Below, in pieces: positions 37,144-46,171 of a stretch of DNA of 64,000 nucleotides. Below the pieces are notes generated by a model. The model ran no database searches. It saw nothing but the letters and a program-made list of their open reading frames with translations, and was not told the origin of the DNA. Origin of the DNA: Candidatus Parcubacteria bacterium. GTDB lineage: Bacteria; Patescibacteriota; Minisyncoccia; Sungbacterales; SURF-37. The position numbers and the translations under genes were made by a program. Position 1 is the first letter of the stretch. Each line of letters begins with the position of its first letter. Location of the stretch: assembly GCA_003599755.1 (NCBI GenBank), contig QZJO01000013.1:27729-91728 (forward strand), read 5' to 3'.

Positions 37144-39909
37144 ATGCCCGACGCAACGCTCACGCCCGGGGTCGCAACCCAAAAGAAAGTCGCGCTTCCT
37201 ATTGCGCGGTTGTTCTCGGCGCCCGGCCGCCATCCGTTCGATGAAGTGGAATGGGAAAAGCGTCCGGTCGTCATTCGGGGCATGAATGGCGTGACGCACG
37301 AAGAAGAAGGCGAGTTTCCGGTATTTTGGTCGGTCAACGCTTCCAATATAACCGGCTCGAAGTATTTTCGCGGGAAAATCGGCACGCCGACGCGCGAAAA
37401 TTCAGTCAAGCAGATGATCAGCCGCGTCGTGCGCGTCGCGCGCGAGTGGGGATTGCAGTTCGGACATTTCGATACCGAAACCGAAGCCAATACCTTTGCC
37501 GACGAGCTGACGCATATCCTTTTGTTCCAGAAGGCCTCGTTCAATTCGCCGGTGTGGTTCAACGTCGGCGTTGAAACCAAGCCCCAGTGTTCGGCCTGCT
37601 TCATCCTTTCGGTGGAAGATGACATGCGCTCGATCATGGATTGGATCTATACCGAGGCTATGATTTTCAAAGGAGGATCGGGCGCGGGCGTGAATCTATC
37701 GCCGTTGCGTTCATCGCACGAGAAATTGACGCAAGGCGGCCGCGCTTCCGGACCCGTATCATTTATGCGCGGCGCTGATTCGATCGCCGGCATGATCGCG
37801 TCAGGCGGCTCGACGCGCCGCGCGGCAAAGATGGTCGTGCTCAATGCCGATCACCCGGATATCATGTCCTACGTGCGTTCAAAAGCCGACGAGGAAAAGA
37901 AAGTGCGCGCGCTCATGGCGGCGGGCTACGACATGCAGGATTTGAACAACGACGGCTGGAAGTCCATCCAATACCAGAACGCGAACAACTCCGTGCGCGT
38001 AACCGATGAATTCATGCGCGCGGCCGAAACTGATAGTACGTGGCAGACCCGTTATATCATGACAGGCGAAGTTGCCGGAGAGATGAAGGCGCGAGAGCTC
38101 CTGCGCGCGATCGCCGAGGCGTCATGGGAATGCGGCGATCCGGGATTGCAGTACGACACGACGATCAACCGCTGGAACACCGCAGCCAACACCGGGCGTA
38201 TCAACGCGACGAATCCGTGCGCAGAATACATTCACCTCGACAACTCGGCCTGCAACCTCGCGTCTATTAATCTGATAAAGTTTTTGGGCGATGACGATTC
38301 GTTCCGCGTGGAGGATTTCATGCACACGGTACGGATCATGATTCTCGCCCAGGAGATCTTGGTCGGCGGCTCGTCCTATCCCACGCCGAAAATCGAGAAA
38401 AATGCCCATGATTTTCGCGAATTGGGCTTAGGTTACGCGAATCTTGGCGCATTTATGATGGCGTTGGGCGTGCCCTATGACTCGGCCGAAGGTCAGGCGA
38501 TCGCCGGCGGCATCACCGCGCTCATGACCGGCGAGGCCTACCGTTATTCGGCCGTGATCGCCGCGCGCATGGGACCGTTCGCCGGATTCGCGGTCAATCG
38601 CGAGCCGATGACCCGAGTGCTCCGCATGCATCGCGACGCGCTCTCGACCATCGCGCGCGATAAACTGTTCGATCCGCGCATCTACGACCAAGCCGTGCAA
38701 TCCTGGAACGAAGCGGTGCGCCTCGGCGAAACGTACGGCGTGCGCAATTCGCAGGTCACGGTTATCGCGCCGACCGGCACGATCTCGTTCATGATGGATT
38801 GCGATACCACGGGCGTGGAGCCGGATTTTTCGCTCGTCAAAACCAAGAACTTGGTGGGCGGTGGGGTAATGAAAATCGTCAATCGCACCGTACCCCGCGC
38901 GCTCCGGCGCCTCGGCTACGACGAAGTCCAGATCAACGACATCATCGCGCACATCGAGGCGAAAGGAACGGTCGAAGGCGCGCCGCATATTCAGAACGAG
39001 CACTTGGCGGTATTCGATTGCGCGGTCAAACCGGCCAACGGCACGCGCTCGATCGCGTGGCAGGGCCATGTGCGAGTCGTCGCCGCGGTACAGCCGTTTA
39101 TTTCGGGCGGCATCTCGAAGACCTTCAACATGCCGTATGAGACGACGGTCGAAGAGATTATGGAGGCCTATATCATGGCCTGGAAACTCGGCATCAAATG
39201 TTTCGCGGTGTATCGCGACGGATCGAAAGCCGCCCAGCCGCTGGTCACGTCGAGCGGCAAAGGCGGCGCGCGCGAGGACGCCAAGCAAGTTGAGATGCCG
39301 TTCGCACCCATGCGCCGCCGCATGCCCGCGACCCGCGCGTCCGAGACGCATAAGTTCGTCGTCGCCGGCCACGAGGGCTACATGACTTATAGCGTCCACC
39401 CTGACGACGGCCTTGCCGAAATTTTCATCCGCATGGCCAAACAGGGCTCGACCCTCGCGGGACTCTTGGACTCGTTCGCGATCATGGTATCGGTTTCGCT
39501 CCAGTACGGTGTGCCGTTGAAAGACCTCGTGCGCCGCTTCGCCTACACGCGTTTCGAGCCGGCCGGCTTTACCGAAAACGCCGACATCCAAGTAGCGACC
39601 TCGATCGTGGACTATATCTTCCGGTATTTGGGCCAGCGCTTCCTTTCGCCCGATGAGCTGGCGGAGCTTGGTATCAACGCGTCGAGCGCCGTGCTCGCGC
39701 CTCTGACGAATCGCGCGGCAGCCGCTCCCATGGAGGGCGAGCTGGAACCGACCCAGCCGGTCAGAATCGAGGCCACGAAAGCCATCAAAATCGAGGAAAC
39801 AGTGACCATATACGCCGACTCGGTCTGCCGGAATTGCGGGGGAATGCTGGTTCAGACCGGGGCCTGCAAGACCTGCCGCTCCTGCGGCGTCTCGACCGGC
39901 GGGTGCTAG
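37144..39909 (+). CDS. nrdJ: Class II (adenosylcobalamin-dependent) ribonucleotide reductase
   Basis: FNSPVWFN, QCSACFI, TRRAAKM, TNPCAE, ACNLAS, IAPTGTIS, GISKT, YRDGSK, C-terminal TSCPD and CxxC...CxxCG. Confidence 0.95.
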   Translation: MPDATLTPGVATQKKVALPIARLFSAPGRHPFDEVEWEKRPVVIRGMNGVTHEEEGEFPVFWSVNASNITGSKYFRGKIGTPTRENSVKQMISRVVRVAREWGLQFGHFDTETEANTFADELTHILLFQKASFNSPVWFNVGVETKPQCSACFILSVEDDMRSIMDWIYTEAMIFKGGSGAGVNLSPLRSSHEKLTQGGRASGPVSFMRGADSIAGMIASGGSTRRAAKMVVLNADHPDIMSYVRSKADEEKKVRALMAAGYDMQDLNNDGWKSIQYQNANNSVRVTDEFMRAAETDSTWQTRYIMTGEVAGEMKARELLRAIAEASWECGDPGLQYDTTINRWNTAANTGRINATNPCAEYIHLDNSACNLASINLIKFLGDDDSFRVEDFMHTVRIMILAQEILVGGSSYPTPKIEKNAHDFRELGLGYANLGAFMMALGVPYDSAEGQAIAGGITALMTGEAYRYSAVIAARMGPFAGFAVNREPMTRVLRMHRDALSTIARDKLFDPRIYDQAVQSWNEAVRLGETYGVRNSQVTVIAPTGTISFMMDCDTTGVEPDFSLVKTKNLVGGGVMKIVNRTVPRALRRLGYDEVQINDIIAHIEAKGTVEGAPHIQNEHLAVFDCAVKPANGTRSIAWQGHVRVVAAVQPFISGGISKTFNMPYETTVEEIMEAYIMAWKLGIKCFAVYRDGSKAAQPLVTSSGKGGAREDAKQVEMPFAPMRRRMPATRASETHKFVVAGHEGYMTYSVHPDDGLAEIFIRMAKQGSTLAGLLDSFAIMVSVSLQYGVPLKDLVRRFAYTRFEPAGFTENADIQVATSIVDYIFRYLGQRFLSPDELAELGINASSAVLAPLTNRAAAAPMEGELEPTQPVRIEATKAIKIEETVTIYADSVCRNCGGMLVQTGACKTCRSCGVSTGGC

Positions 39910-39917
39910 ATCGCTCG

Positions 39918-40103
39918 CATCCCGGAAAAATCTCAGCCGTTCTGCGAACGCCGTTGCCTCGGATGCTTCGCAATGCGAATCAGGAAAATTTCAACTCGAC
40001 CGCGCCGAAGACGCGGGACTCGGACAAGAAAATTTTCCTTGCATTGCTCGCGTCCTCGGCACGGCGTTTGTCGCATCTCGGCAATGTAATTTTTACGGAA
40101 TAC
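39918..40103. repeat. About 185-bp imperfect rod-like inverted repeat (structured RNA or MITE)
   Basis: Nested complementary blocks TGCGA/TCGCA, ACGCCG/CGGCGT, TGCC/GGCA, GCAATGC/GCATTGC, AGGAAAATTT/AAATTTTCCT. Confidence 0.75.
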
Positions 40104-40168
40104 TCACTTGGCATTTCCCTGCGGTAGGGCCCTTGCGGGGCCCTCGGTCCTGTTATGATAACCGCATT

Positions 40169-40717
40169 ATGCTGCTTATATTCACTGGCAATGGAAAAGG
40201 AAAAACCACGGCCGCGCTCGGGCAGGCGCTGCGTTCGGTTGGCGAAGGCAAACGAGTATTGATGGTGCAGTTTATTAAAGGGCCGTGGAAGTCGGGCGAA
40301 GATGACATTGAGATCGTTATCAAAGGAAATCCTTCGACAAGCTCGGGATCACCAACCTTTCGGTTGGTGAAGATGGGCAAAGGCTTTGTCGGCATTCTCA
40401 ACGACAAACTGCCGCGTGAAGAACATGAACGAGCCGCAGCCGAGGCGTTGATTTATGCGCGGCAAGAGGCGGAGTCCGGAAAATGGAACATGATTATTCT
40501 TGACGAGGTAAACAATGCGGTTGCCCTTGATCTTATAAGGAAGGAAGACGTGCTCGCATTCGTAGATAGCGCATTGCCGAAGCTGGAGCACATTATTTTG
40601 ACTGGCCGCGATGCGCCGCAAACATTCATCGAGCGAGCGGACTTGGTGACGGAGATGCGCGATGTGAAGCATCCCTATGAGCAGGGGATCAAAGCCAAGA
40701 GAGGATTGGAATATTGA
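40169..40717 (+). CDS. btuR: Cob(I)alamin adenosyltransferase (BtuR/CobO/CobA type)
   Basis: TGNGKGKTTAALG, VQFIKG, ILDEV, LTGRDAP, ADLVTEM..VKHPY..GI.A..G.EY. Confidence 0.93.
   Translation: MLLIFTGNGKGKTTAALGQALRSVGEGKRVLMVQFIKGPWKSGEDDIEIVIKGNPSTSSGSPTFRLVKMGKGFVGILNDKLPREEHERAAAEALIYARQEAESGKWNMIILDEVNNAVALDLIRKEDVLAFVDSALPKLEHIILTGRDAPQTFIERADLVTEMRDVKHPYEQGIKAKRGLEY
40329..40349 (+). repeat. REP-like 21-bp unit in frame within btuR
   Basis: ATCCTTCGACAAGCTCGGGAT encodes (N)PSTSSG(S); related to CCCTTCGAC...GCTCAGGG at 52868-52895. Confidence 0.6.
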
Positions 40718-42252
40718 TGAGTAAGTCGCGGATATTTTTCTGGCTCAACATCGCATTCATCGCCGGCATCGCCGCCGCATCCTACTTTTTCGTATCACTC
40801 ACCGTTGTGTGGGCGGTTTTTATATTCGGCGTTATCGCTACCGTATCCGCGCTGCGTCGGCACGGAGTGCGGCAACCGGCACTTGTCGCTGGCGCGTGCT
40901 GCATTACGGCGGCGTTCGGGATGTTTTGGTTTCTCTGGCGTGGCGCGGCGGATTTACCGTTGGAATCCACGGTCGGCGCACCCGCAATCATTGAGGGCGT
41001 GATCGCAGCAGAACCGCGGCGGACCGCGCGGAGCCAGCAGATCGTGATCGAAGAATCAATGACCAACGCGCGGATTCTTATCGGAACGGAGCGGTTCCCC
41101 GAATACGCGTACGGCGACCGTGTCGCGGCGGCGGGCATCGTGAAGCATCCGGAAAACTTTTCCGATGATTTTGATTACGCCGCGTTCCTCGCCAAAGACG
41201 ATATTTACTACACGATGGCGTTTCCGAAAATTACGATACTCGGTACGGGTGCGGCTTCCCCGGTGCGGCATATGCTCTTTAGCATCAAAAACGCTTTTGC
41301 GGCGTCGTTGGAGCGGACATTTCCCGAACCGCATGCCGCATATCTCAAGGGGCTTTTGCTCGGCGAGCGGCAAAGTTTTTCCGAAGAATTGCGCGAGGAT
41401 TTGCGGCGGACGGGCACGGCGCATATCGTGGCGTTGTCGGGATACAATATCGGCATCGTCGCAAGCGGACTCATGGCGCTGCTCCGCTGGCTCTGGGTGC
41501 CGTTCGGTGCCGCGTTTTGGGGCGCGACGTTCGGCATTATCGGTTTCGTGGCATTGACCGGCGCCCAGGCATCGGTGGTGCGCGCGGCGATCATGGGCAC
41601 GCTCGTGCTTGTCGCGGCGCGCGAAGGGCGTCCGTACCATATGCGCAATGCCCTGGCGTTTGCCGCGGCGGCGATGCTTTGGGAGAATCCGAAGCTTTTG
41701 CGGTTCGATGTCGCATTTCAACTTTCGTTCCTGGCGACCGTCGGCGTGGTGTGGGGCTCACCTCTCGTGGCGGCGTGGTTCCGGCGCATCGGGGCGCGTT
41801 TGCATATTTGGCTTCGCGAGCACGGCGTCGTTCGCGAGCAACGCGGCGGCGGATTACGCGAGAGGCGATCCTTGTTTGTCGAAACGCTCGCGACCACGAT
41901 TGCCGCGCAGCTCGCGGTCTCGCCGCTGCTCGTGCTCACATTCGGCGAACTCTCGCTCATCAGCCCGATCGCCAACGCCATGGTCCTTGTGCTCATACCG
42001 TATACCATGGCTCTCGGATTTGTGACGGGACTTGTCGGCATGGTCGCGCCCGTCGCCGCGCTGCCGCTTGGGTGGATGACGCGCGCGCTGACGAGCTATG
42101 AACTCGGCGTTATCGAGGCGCTCGGCGGGATATCGTACGCTGCCATTAACGATCGGCGCGTCGGTATGGCGATCGTGGCCGGCATTGCGCTCGGCATTGC
42201 CGCGGCCCTTGTCTGGCGCCGCATGCGCGCCCGCGCTCTTGTTATTCTATGA
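40717..42252 (+). CDS. comEC: ComEC competence channel (membrane part)
   Basis: GLLLGE, GTAHIVALSGYN, SVVRAAIM, FQLSFLA. Confidence 0.93.
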   Translation: MSKSRIFFWLNIAFIAGIAAASYFFVSLTVVWAVFIFGVIATVSALRRHGVRQPALVAGACCITAAFGMFWFLWRGAADLPLESTVGAPAIIEGVIAAEPRRTARSQQIVIEESMTNARILIGTERFPEYAYGDRVAAAGIVKHPENFSDDFDYAAFLAKDDIYYTMAFPKITILGTGAASPVRHMLFSIKNAFAASLERTFPEPHAAYLKGLLLGERQSFSEELREDLRRTGTAHIVALSGYNIGIVASGLMALLRWLWVPFGAAFWGATFGIIGFVALTGAQASVVRAAIMGTLVLVAAREGRPYHMRNALAFAAAAMLWENPKLLRFDVAFQLSFLATVGVVWGSPLVAAWFRRIGARLHIWLREHGVVREQRGGGLRERRSLFVETLATTIAAQLAVSPLLVLTFGELSLISPIANAMVLVLIPYTMALGFVTGLVGMVAPVAALPLGWMTRALTSYELGVIEALGGISYAAINDRRVGMAIVAGIALGIAAALVWRRMRARALVIL

Positions 42253-43142
42253 TCACGCGCCTCAACCATTGGCGCTGGCTTGTCGTCGGCGCATTGGGAT
42301 TCGCGGCGCTTGCCGTCTGGTCGGCGGTGTTCGCCTTGGCCGAACGCCAGGATCTTACGCTCACCGTGCTTGATATCGGCCAAGGCGAAGCGCTTTTCAT
42401 CGATGCGGGCAATGGCGTGCAGGTGCTCATCGACGGCGGGCCGAGCGACGCGATTCTGGAAAAACTCGGTACGGCCATGCCGTTTTGGGACCGGACGATC
42501 GAGCTGGTTGTGCTGACGCATCCGCATGCGGACCACGTGAGCGGGCTCGTATCCGTGCTTGATCGGTATCGGGTCGGCATGGTGATCGATTCGGGCGTGG
42601 CGCACGAGATCGCCGATTATGCCGCGTGGCAAGAGCGGATTCGCGATCAGGGCATTGTCCGCCATGTGCCGGTCGCGGGCGAGCGGATCAGAATCGATGC
42701 GGATACGGTTTTTGAAGTGCTCGCGCCGTTGGAAAATTTCGATGGCCGCACGGCCCCGGTGCATGACGCCATGGTGGTACTGCGTTTGGTGGATGCGGGG
42801 GCGACGGCACTGTTGACCGGCGATGCGGAAGCAGATGTCGAGGCGCACATTCTTTCCAGCGGTGGAATCGTTTCCGCGGATTTGTTGAAAGTAGGGCATC
42901 ATGGATCGAAAACTTCGACGAGCGCGCGATTCCTTGAGGCCGTGCGCCCGGCAATGGCGGCGATGTCGCTCGGCGCCGGCAACCGCTACGGCCATCCGCA
43001 TCCGTCCGTGGTGTCTCGCCTTGAAGCGGCGGGCGTTCCGATTTATCGGACCGATCGACGCGGCGACTGCATATTTACGAGTACCGGTGAATCGTTTGCC
43101 GTTCGTTGCGTTCGGGAAAATACATTGCCTGCTATTGAATGA
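42249..43142 (+). CDS. ComEC/Rec2 C-terminal metallo-beta-lactamase domain as a separate gene
   Basis: LDIGQG, THPHADH, LLTGDAE, LKVGHHGS, NRYGHP. Confidence 0.92.
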   Translation: MITRLNHWRWLVVGALGFAALAVWSAVFALAERQDLTLTVLDIGQGEALFIDAGNGVQVLIDGGPSDAILEKLGTAMPFWDRTIELVVLTHPHADHVSGLVSVLDRYRVGMVIDSGVAHEIADYAAWQERIRDQGIVRHVPVAGERIRIDADTVFEVLAPLENFDGRTAPVHDAMVVLRLVDAGATALLTGDAEADVEAHILSSGGIVSADLLKVGHHGSKTSTSARFLEAVRPAMAAMSLGAGNRYGHPHPSVVSRLEAAGVPIYRTDRRGDCIFTSTGESFAVRCVRENTLPAIE

Positions 43143-43172
43143 TTCGGCCCGATCGGCTACGATTGGTCCATT

Positions 43173-44249
43173 ATGAAAGGGCTGAACTTTCCATTGTTCC
43201 CGACGAAGCTCGGCGATCAAAGCCCGCGCTTCGCGCTCGAAGATCCGGTCGAGCGGCGCAAGTACTTCGATCTCAAAGCCGGACCGGAAATCGAGAAGCT
43301 CCGCGAGTATCTCCGAACGGGAACGTTCGTCGGTTTTTTGTTGGGCAAGAAAAATTCCGGCAAAGGAACCTACTCGAAGTTGTTCATGGAAGCGGTCGGG
43401 GGTGAACGCGTGGCGCACCTGTCGGTCGGCGATATCGTGCGCGGCGTGCACAAAGATCTGGCGGACGAAAGCCGTAAGCAAGAGCTTATCAAATTTCTCG
43501 AATCGCGCTATCGCGGATTCATCACTATCGAGGCCGCGCTCGATATTATTCTCGGCCGCGACACGAAAACTTTGCTGCCAACCGAAATCATCATCGCGCT
43601 CGTGGAGCGGGAGATTGATCGCATCGGTCGTAAGGCGATTTTTATCGACGGTTTCCCGCGGAATTTGGACCAGATATCGGCCGCCCTCTATTTCCGCACG
43701 ATCATCGGTTACCGCGATGATCCGGACTTTTTCGTGTTTATCGACCTTCCGGATACGGTTATTGATGCGCGCATGAAGACGCGCGTGGTTTGCCCGAAAT
43801 GCAACATGCCGCGAAGTTTGCAGTTGTTGCGAACCAAAGAAGTCGGATACGACGAAGCGGCTAAGGAATTCTATCTGATCTGCGATAATCCGGCGTGCGG
43901 TTCGAGCGCGCGCATGATCGGCAAGGAAGGGGATGAGCTCGGCATCGAGGCGATCCGCGATCGGGTGGAATTGGATGACAAAATCATGCGTCAACTGCTC
44001 GAATTGAAAGGCGTGCCGAAGATACAGCTCCGCAACACCATTCCCGTCGAGAAAGCGCGCGAAGTCGCGGACGACTATGAGATCACACCGGCTTATCGCT
44101 ACGAATGGGATGCGGCGGCCAAGCAGGTGCGCGTGATTGAAGAGCCATGGGTCATCAACGATGATGATGGCGCGCCGTCGCATAGCTTGCAGGCCGCACC
44201 CGTGGTTATTTCGCTGATCAAGCAGATGACCAAAGTTCTCGGCCTCTGA
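43173..44249 (+). CDS. Extended adenylate-kinase-like NMP kinase
   Basis: P-loop GKKNSGKGT, HLSVGDIVR, IDGFPRN, Cys-containing LID (CPKC...CDNPAC). Confidence 0.8.
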   Translation: MKGLNFPLFPTKLGDQSPRFALEDPVERRKYFDLKAGPEIEKLREYLRTGTFVGFLLGKKNSGKGTYSKLFMEAVGGERVAHLSVGDIVRGVHKDLADESRKQELIKFLESRYRGFITIEAALDIILGRDTKTLLPTEIIIALVEREIDRIGRKAIFIDGFPRNLDQISAALYFRTIIGYRDDPDFFVFIDLPDTVIDARMKTRVVCPKCNMPRSLQLLRTKEVGYDEAAKEFYLICDNPACGSSARMIGKEGDELGIEAIRDRVELDDKIMRQLLELKGVPKIQLRNTIPVEKAREVADDYEITPAYRYEWDAAAKQVRVIEEPWVINDDDGAPSHSLQAAPVVISLIKQMTKVLGL

Positions 44250-44251
44250 GC

Positions 44252-44731
44252 ATGGACGCGAAGAACCGGTTTAAAGTGGTCATCACGGCGATCGTCGTTC
44301 GCGACGGTCGCTATTTGATTCTCAAGCGCTCGGCTAAGGAAGAAAAATTTCCGAACCGCTGGACCGTGCCGGGCGGGAAACTGGATACCGACGATTATAT
44401 GCACCGGCCGAAGGACACGCCGGATTACTGGTACAACGTATTGGAAGAAACGTTGCGCCGCGAAGTGCGCGAGGAGGCGGGTATCGAGATCGCAAACATC
44501 CGATACGTTACGTCGCTGGCCGATGCGCCCGAGGGCAAAGATCCTTCGCTCGTGATTTCGTGCCTCGCTGATTACGCGCGTGGCCAGATTGCGCTTTCGG
44601 ACGAGATGAGCGACGCGGCATGGGTGACCCTCGAAGAGGCGAAGCGATTCGATCTGATTGAAGGTATTGGGGAAGAAATTGCGATGGCCGAGGCCATGCG
44701 TAACGGCAGGGCAAAGGGTGAGTGGCGGTGA
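44252..44731 (+). CDS. Nudix hydrolase
   Basis: WTVPGGK...LRREVREEAGI. Confidence 0.88.
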   Translation: MDAKNRFKVVITAIVVRDGRYLILKRSAKEEKFPNRWTVPGGKLDTDDYMHRPKDTPDYWYNVLEETLRREVREEAGIEIANIRYVTSLADAPEGKDPSLVISCLADYARGQIALSDEMSDAAWVTLEEAKRFDLIEGIGEEIAMAEAMRNGRAKGEWR

Positions 44732-44839
44732 GGATGACCGGTTGACAAGTTACGCATCCGCCGGGTTGACGGCCGGGCGGGTATCCAGCTACGCTCGGAG
44801 CAGCGTAGGGTGGGTTCTAACAATTCGCGGAGGATGCTG

Positions 44840-45223
44840 ATGCCGACAGTCAGCAAGAGTGCAGGCCAGCGGAAGTTGAGGCAGCAGGTCGTGGAAGAGA
44901 TCCGCGCAAAGCTCCTGAAGGATCGGGCGGAGCTGGCCAACGGCCGTGGCGGGATCATGGACGCCGGAGGGGACTTCGGCAAGGATCTCGGCGACCACAG
45001 CGTCGTGAGCCTCTCGCAGGATCTCCTTTTCCAGAAGGCGCAGACGGCGACGGAGCAGATCCGCGCGATCGATGAGACGATCGCGAGGATCGACGACGGG
45101 ACGTTCGGGATCTGCGCGGAGTGCGGAGGGCCGATCCCCGTCAAGCGACTGCAAGCCGTGCGTACGGCGCAGTGCTGCTGCGAGTGCCAGGGGCGTCGCG
45201 AGGGCCTCGCGCGGAGGAGGTAG
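44840..45223 (+). CDS. TraR/DksA C4-type zinc finger protein
   Basis: Coiled coil with DLGD, RIDDGTFGICAECGGPIPVKRL.A...AQCCCECQ; GGAGG SD. Confidence 0.88.
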   Translation: MPTVSKSAGQRKLRQQVVEEIRAKLLKDRAELANGRGGIMDAGGDFGKDLGDHSVVSLSQDLLFQKAQTATEQIRAIDETIARIDDGTFGICAECGGPIPVKRLQAVRTAQCCCECQGRREGLARRR

Positions 45224-45374
45224 CGCAGAAGCCGCCCGAAGTACATTTTCGATGCGATAACAGCTGGCTGCCCTACGCCTCCGAGTCCAGCTGCTCGGGG
45301 AATCCCGCTGACCGGTCGAGGTAGACGTACCTCAATGGCCGGTCAGCGGACTTAAATTTAAATTAAAAAATGAA

Positions 45375-45399
45375 CCGGGCGGTGCTCTGCACCGCCCGG
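45375..45399 (-). terminator. Intrinsic terminator
   Basis: CCGGGCGGTGC-AGA-GCACCGCCCGG followed by TTCATTTTTT on minus strand. Confidence 0.7.
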
Positions 45400-45417
45400 A
45401 GGCGAAGGGGTCGGCGT

Positions 45418-45792
45418 TCAGGCCGCCTGCTCGAGCTTTCGGAGAAGCTCTTGGGGTGGCGTGGCCGCGCGAATCTGGACCAGATGGGCTGGAAGGATCT
45501 TGTCGAGGCACTTCTTGATGGTGTTCGTCTCGTTGCGCGCGGCATCGCTGCCGCGCAGAAGCTCGGGCGCGTACATCCCGACCATGAAGCCGTTGCCGGC
45601 CTGGCGGAGGGTTATCCACCCCTCCTTGTAGCCGAAACAGACCGCGATGATCGTGAGGATCTGCGGCGACCGGAGCGGGTGCTCTCGATGCGGTTCGATC
45701 AGGCGTGCGCGCCAGTCGCTGGAGAACGACTCTGCCACCGGGGACTCCCGGAGGCACTCCTCGATCTGTCTCAGGATCTCGAGTTTCTTCAT
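45418..45792 (-). CDS. Hypothetical protein
   Basis: ATG at 45792 after GGAGG; own promoter TTGACT-18-TATACT (45886-45857) and terminator. Confidence 0.65.
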   Translation of the reverse strand: MKKLEILRQIEECLRESPVAESFSSDWRARLIEPHREHPLRSPQILTIIAVCFGYKEGWITLRQAGNGFMVGMYAPELLRGSDAARNETNTIKKCLDKILPAHLVQIRAATPPQELLRKLEQAA

Positions 45793-45883
45793 GCCTCCGT
45801 CACCCCCTTCTGTGCACATTTTGCCGCCACATGACGGCTGCTCACACGTAGCGACTAGTATATAGCTCTTTATTGGGGAAAGT

Positions 45884-45916
45884 CAAGAGCGCCGCGCATC
45901 ATGCGCGGCGCTCTTG
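45884..45916. terminator. 16-bp-arm palindrome downstream of the tRNA-Pro locus
   Basis: CAAGAGCGCCGCGCAT-C-ATGCGCGGCGCTCTTG. Confidence 0.6.
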
Positions 45917-45931
45917 GTTTGCTTCGCTCAG

Positions 45932-45969
45932 TCGGGCTGCTGGGAATCGAACCCAGTCTACGAGTTCCA
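45932..45969 (-). pseudogene. 3' half of a split (outer) tRNA-Pro
   Basis: ACTCG-TAGA-CTGGG-TTCGATT-CCCAG-CAGCCCG-A; CAGCCCG pairs with CGGGCTG at 46196-46190. Confidence 0.8.
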
Positions 45970-46065
45970 GGGTGTAGTGTTGCGAGCGTATCCGCTGCGC
46001 GGATTCGTTCTCGCAACACCCGCGCAAACCAAAGACCTTTGCTTTGCGCCCCCTCGCCTCGCTTG

Positions 46066-46171
46066 CCCCGCACCAATTTCGGCAGTCGGGGCGCCGGGAA
46101 TCGAACCCGGTCTACAAGACCCCCAGCCTTGTGTACTGCCGTTATACTACGCCCCGAAATTTGGTGCGGGG
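46066..46171. mobile_element. CCCCGCACC...GGTGCGGGG inverted-repeat element (family C) enclosing tRNA-Pro(GGG)
   Basis: Arms CCCCGCACCAATTTCGG (46066-46082) and CCGAAATTTGGTGCGGGG (46154-46171). Confidence 0.7.
46086..46156 (-). tRNA. tRNA-Pro(GGG)
   Basis: CGGGGCG/CGCCCCG-A acceptor, CAAGG-CTGGGGG-TCTTG anticodon arm, CCGGG-TTCGATT-CCCGG; no encoded CCA. Confidence 0.93.

Noticed and set aside
37144-39909. Intein or intron in nrdJ
   Set aside because: Length and motif order fit an uninterrupted enzyme; no intein splice motifs seen
39910-40168. Cobalamin riboswitch upstream of btuR
   Set aside because: No recognisable B12-box consensus; the region folds as a simple rod and btuR appears to have its own promoter next to its ATG
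42096-44183. Long antisense ORFs (695 aa here; also 9449-10987, 30742-32493, 53373-54641, and the off-frame 50947-52413)
   Set aside because: Shadows of well-identified high-GC genes with no motifs of their own
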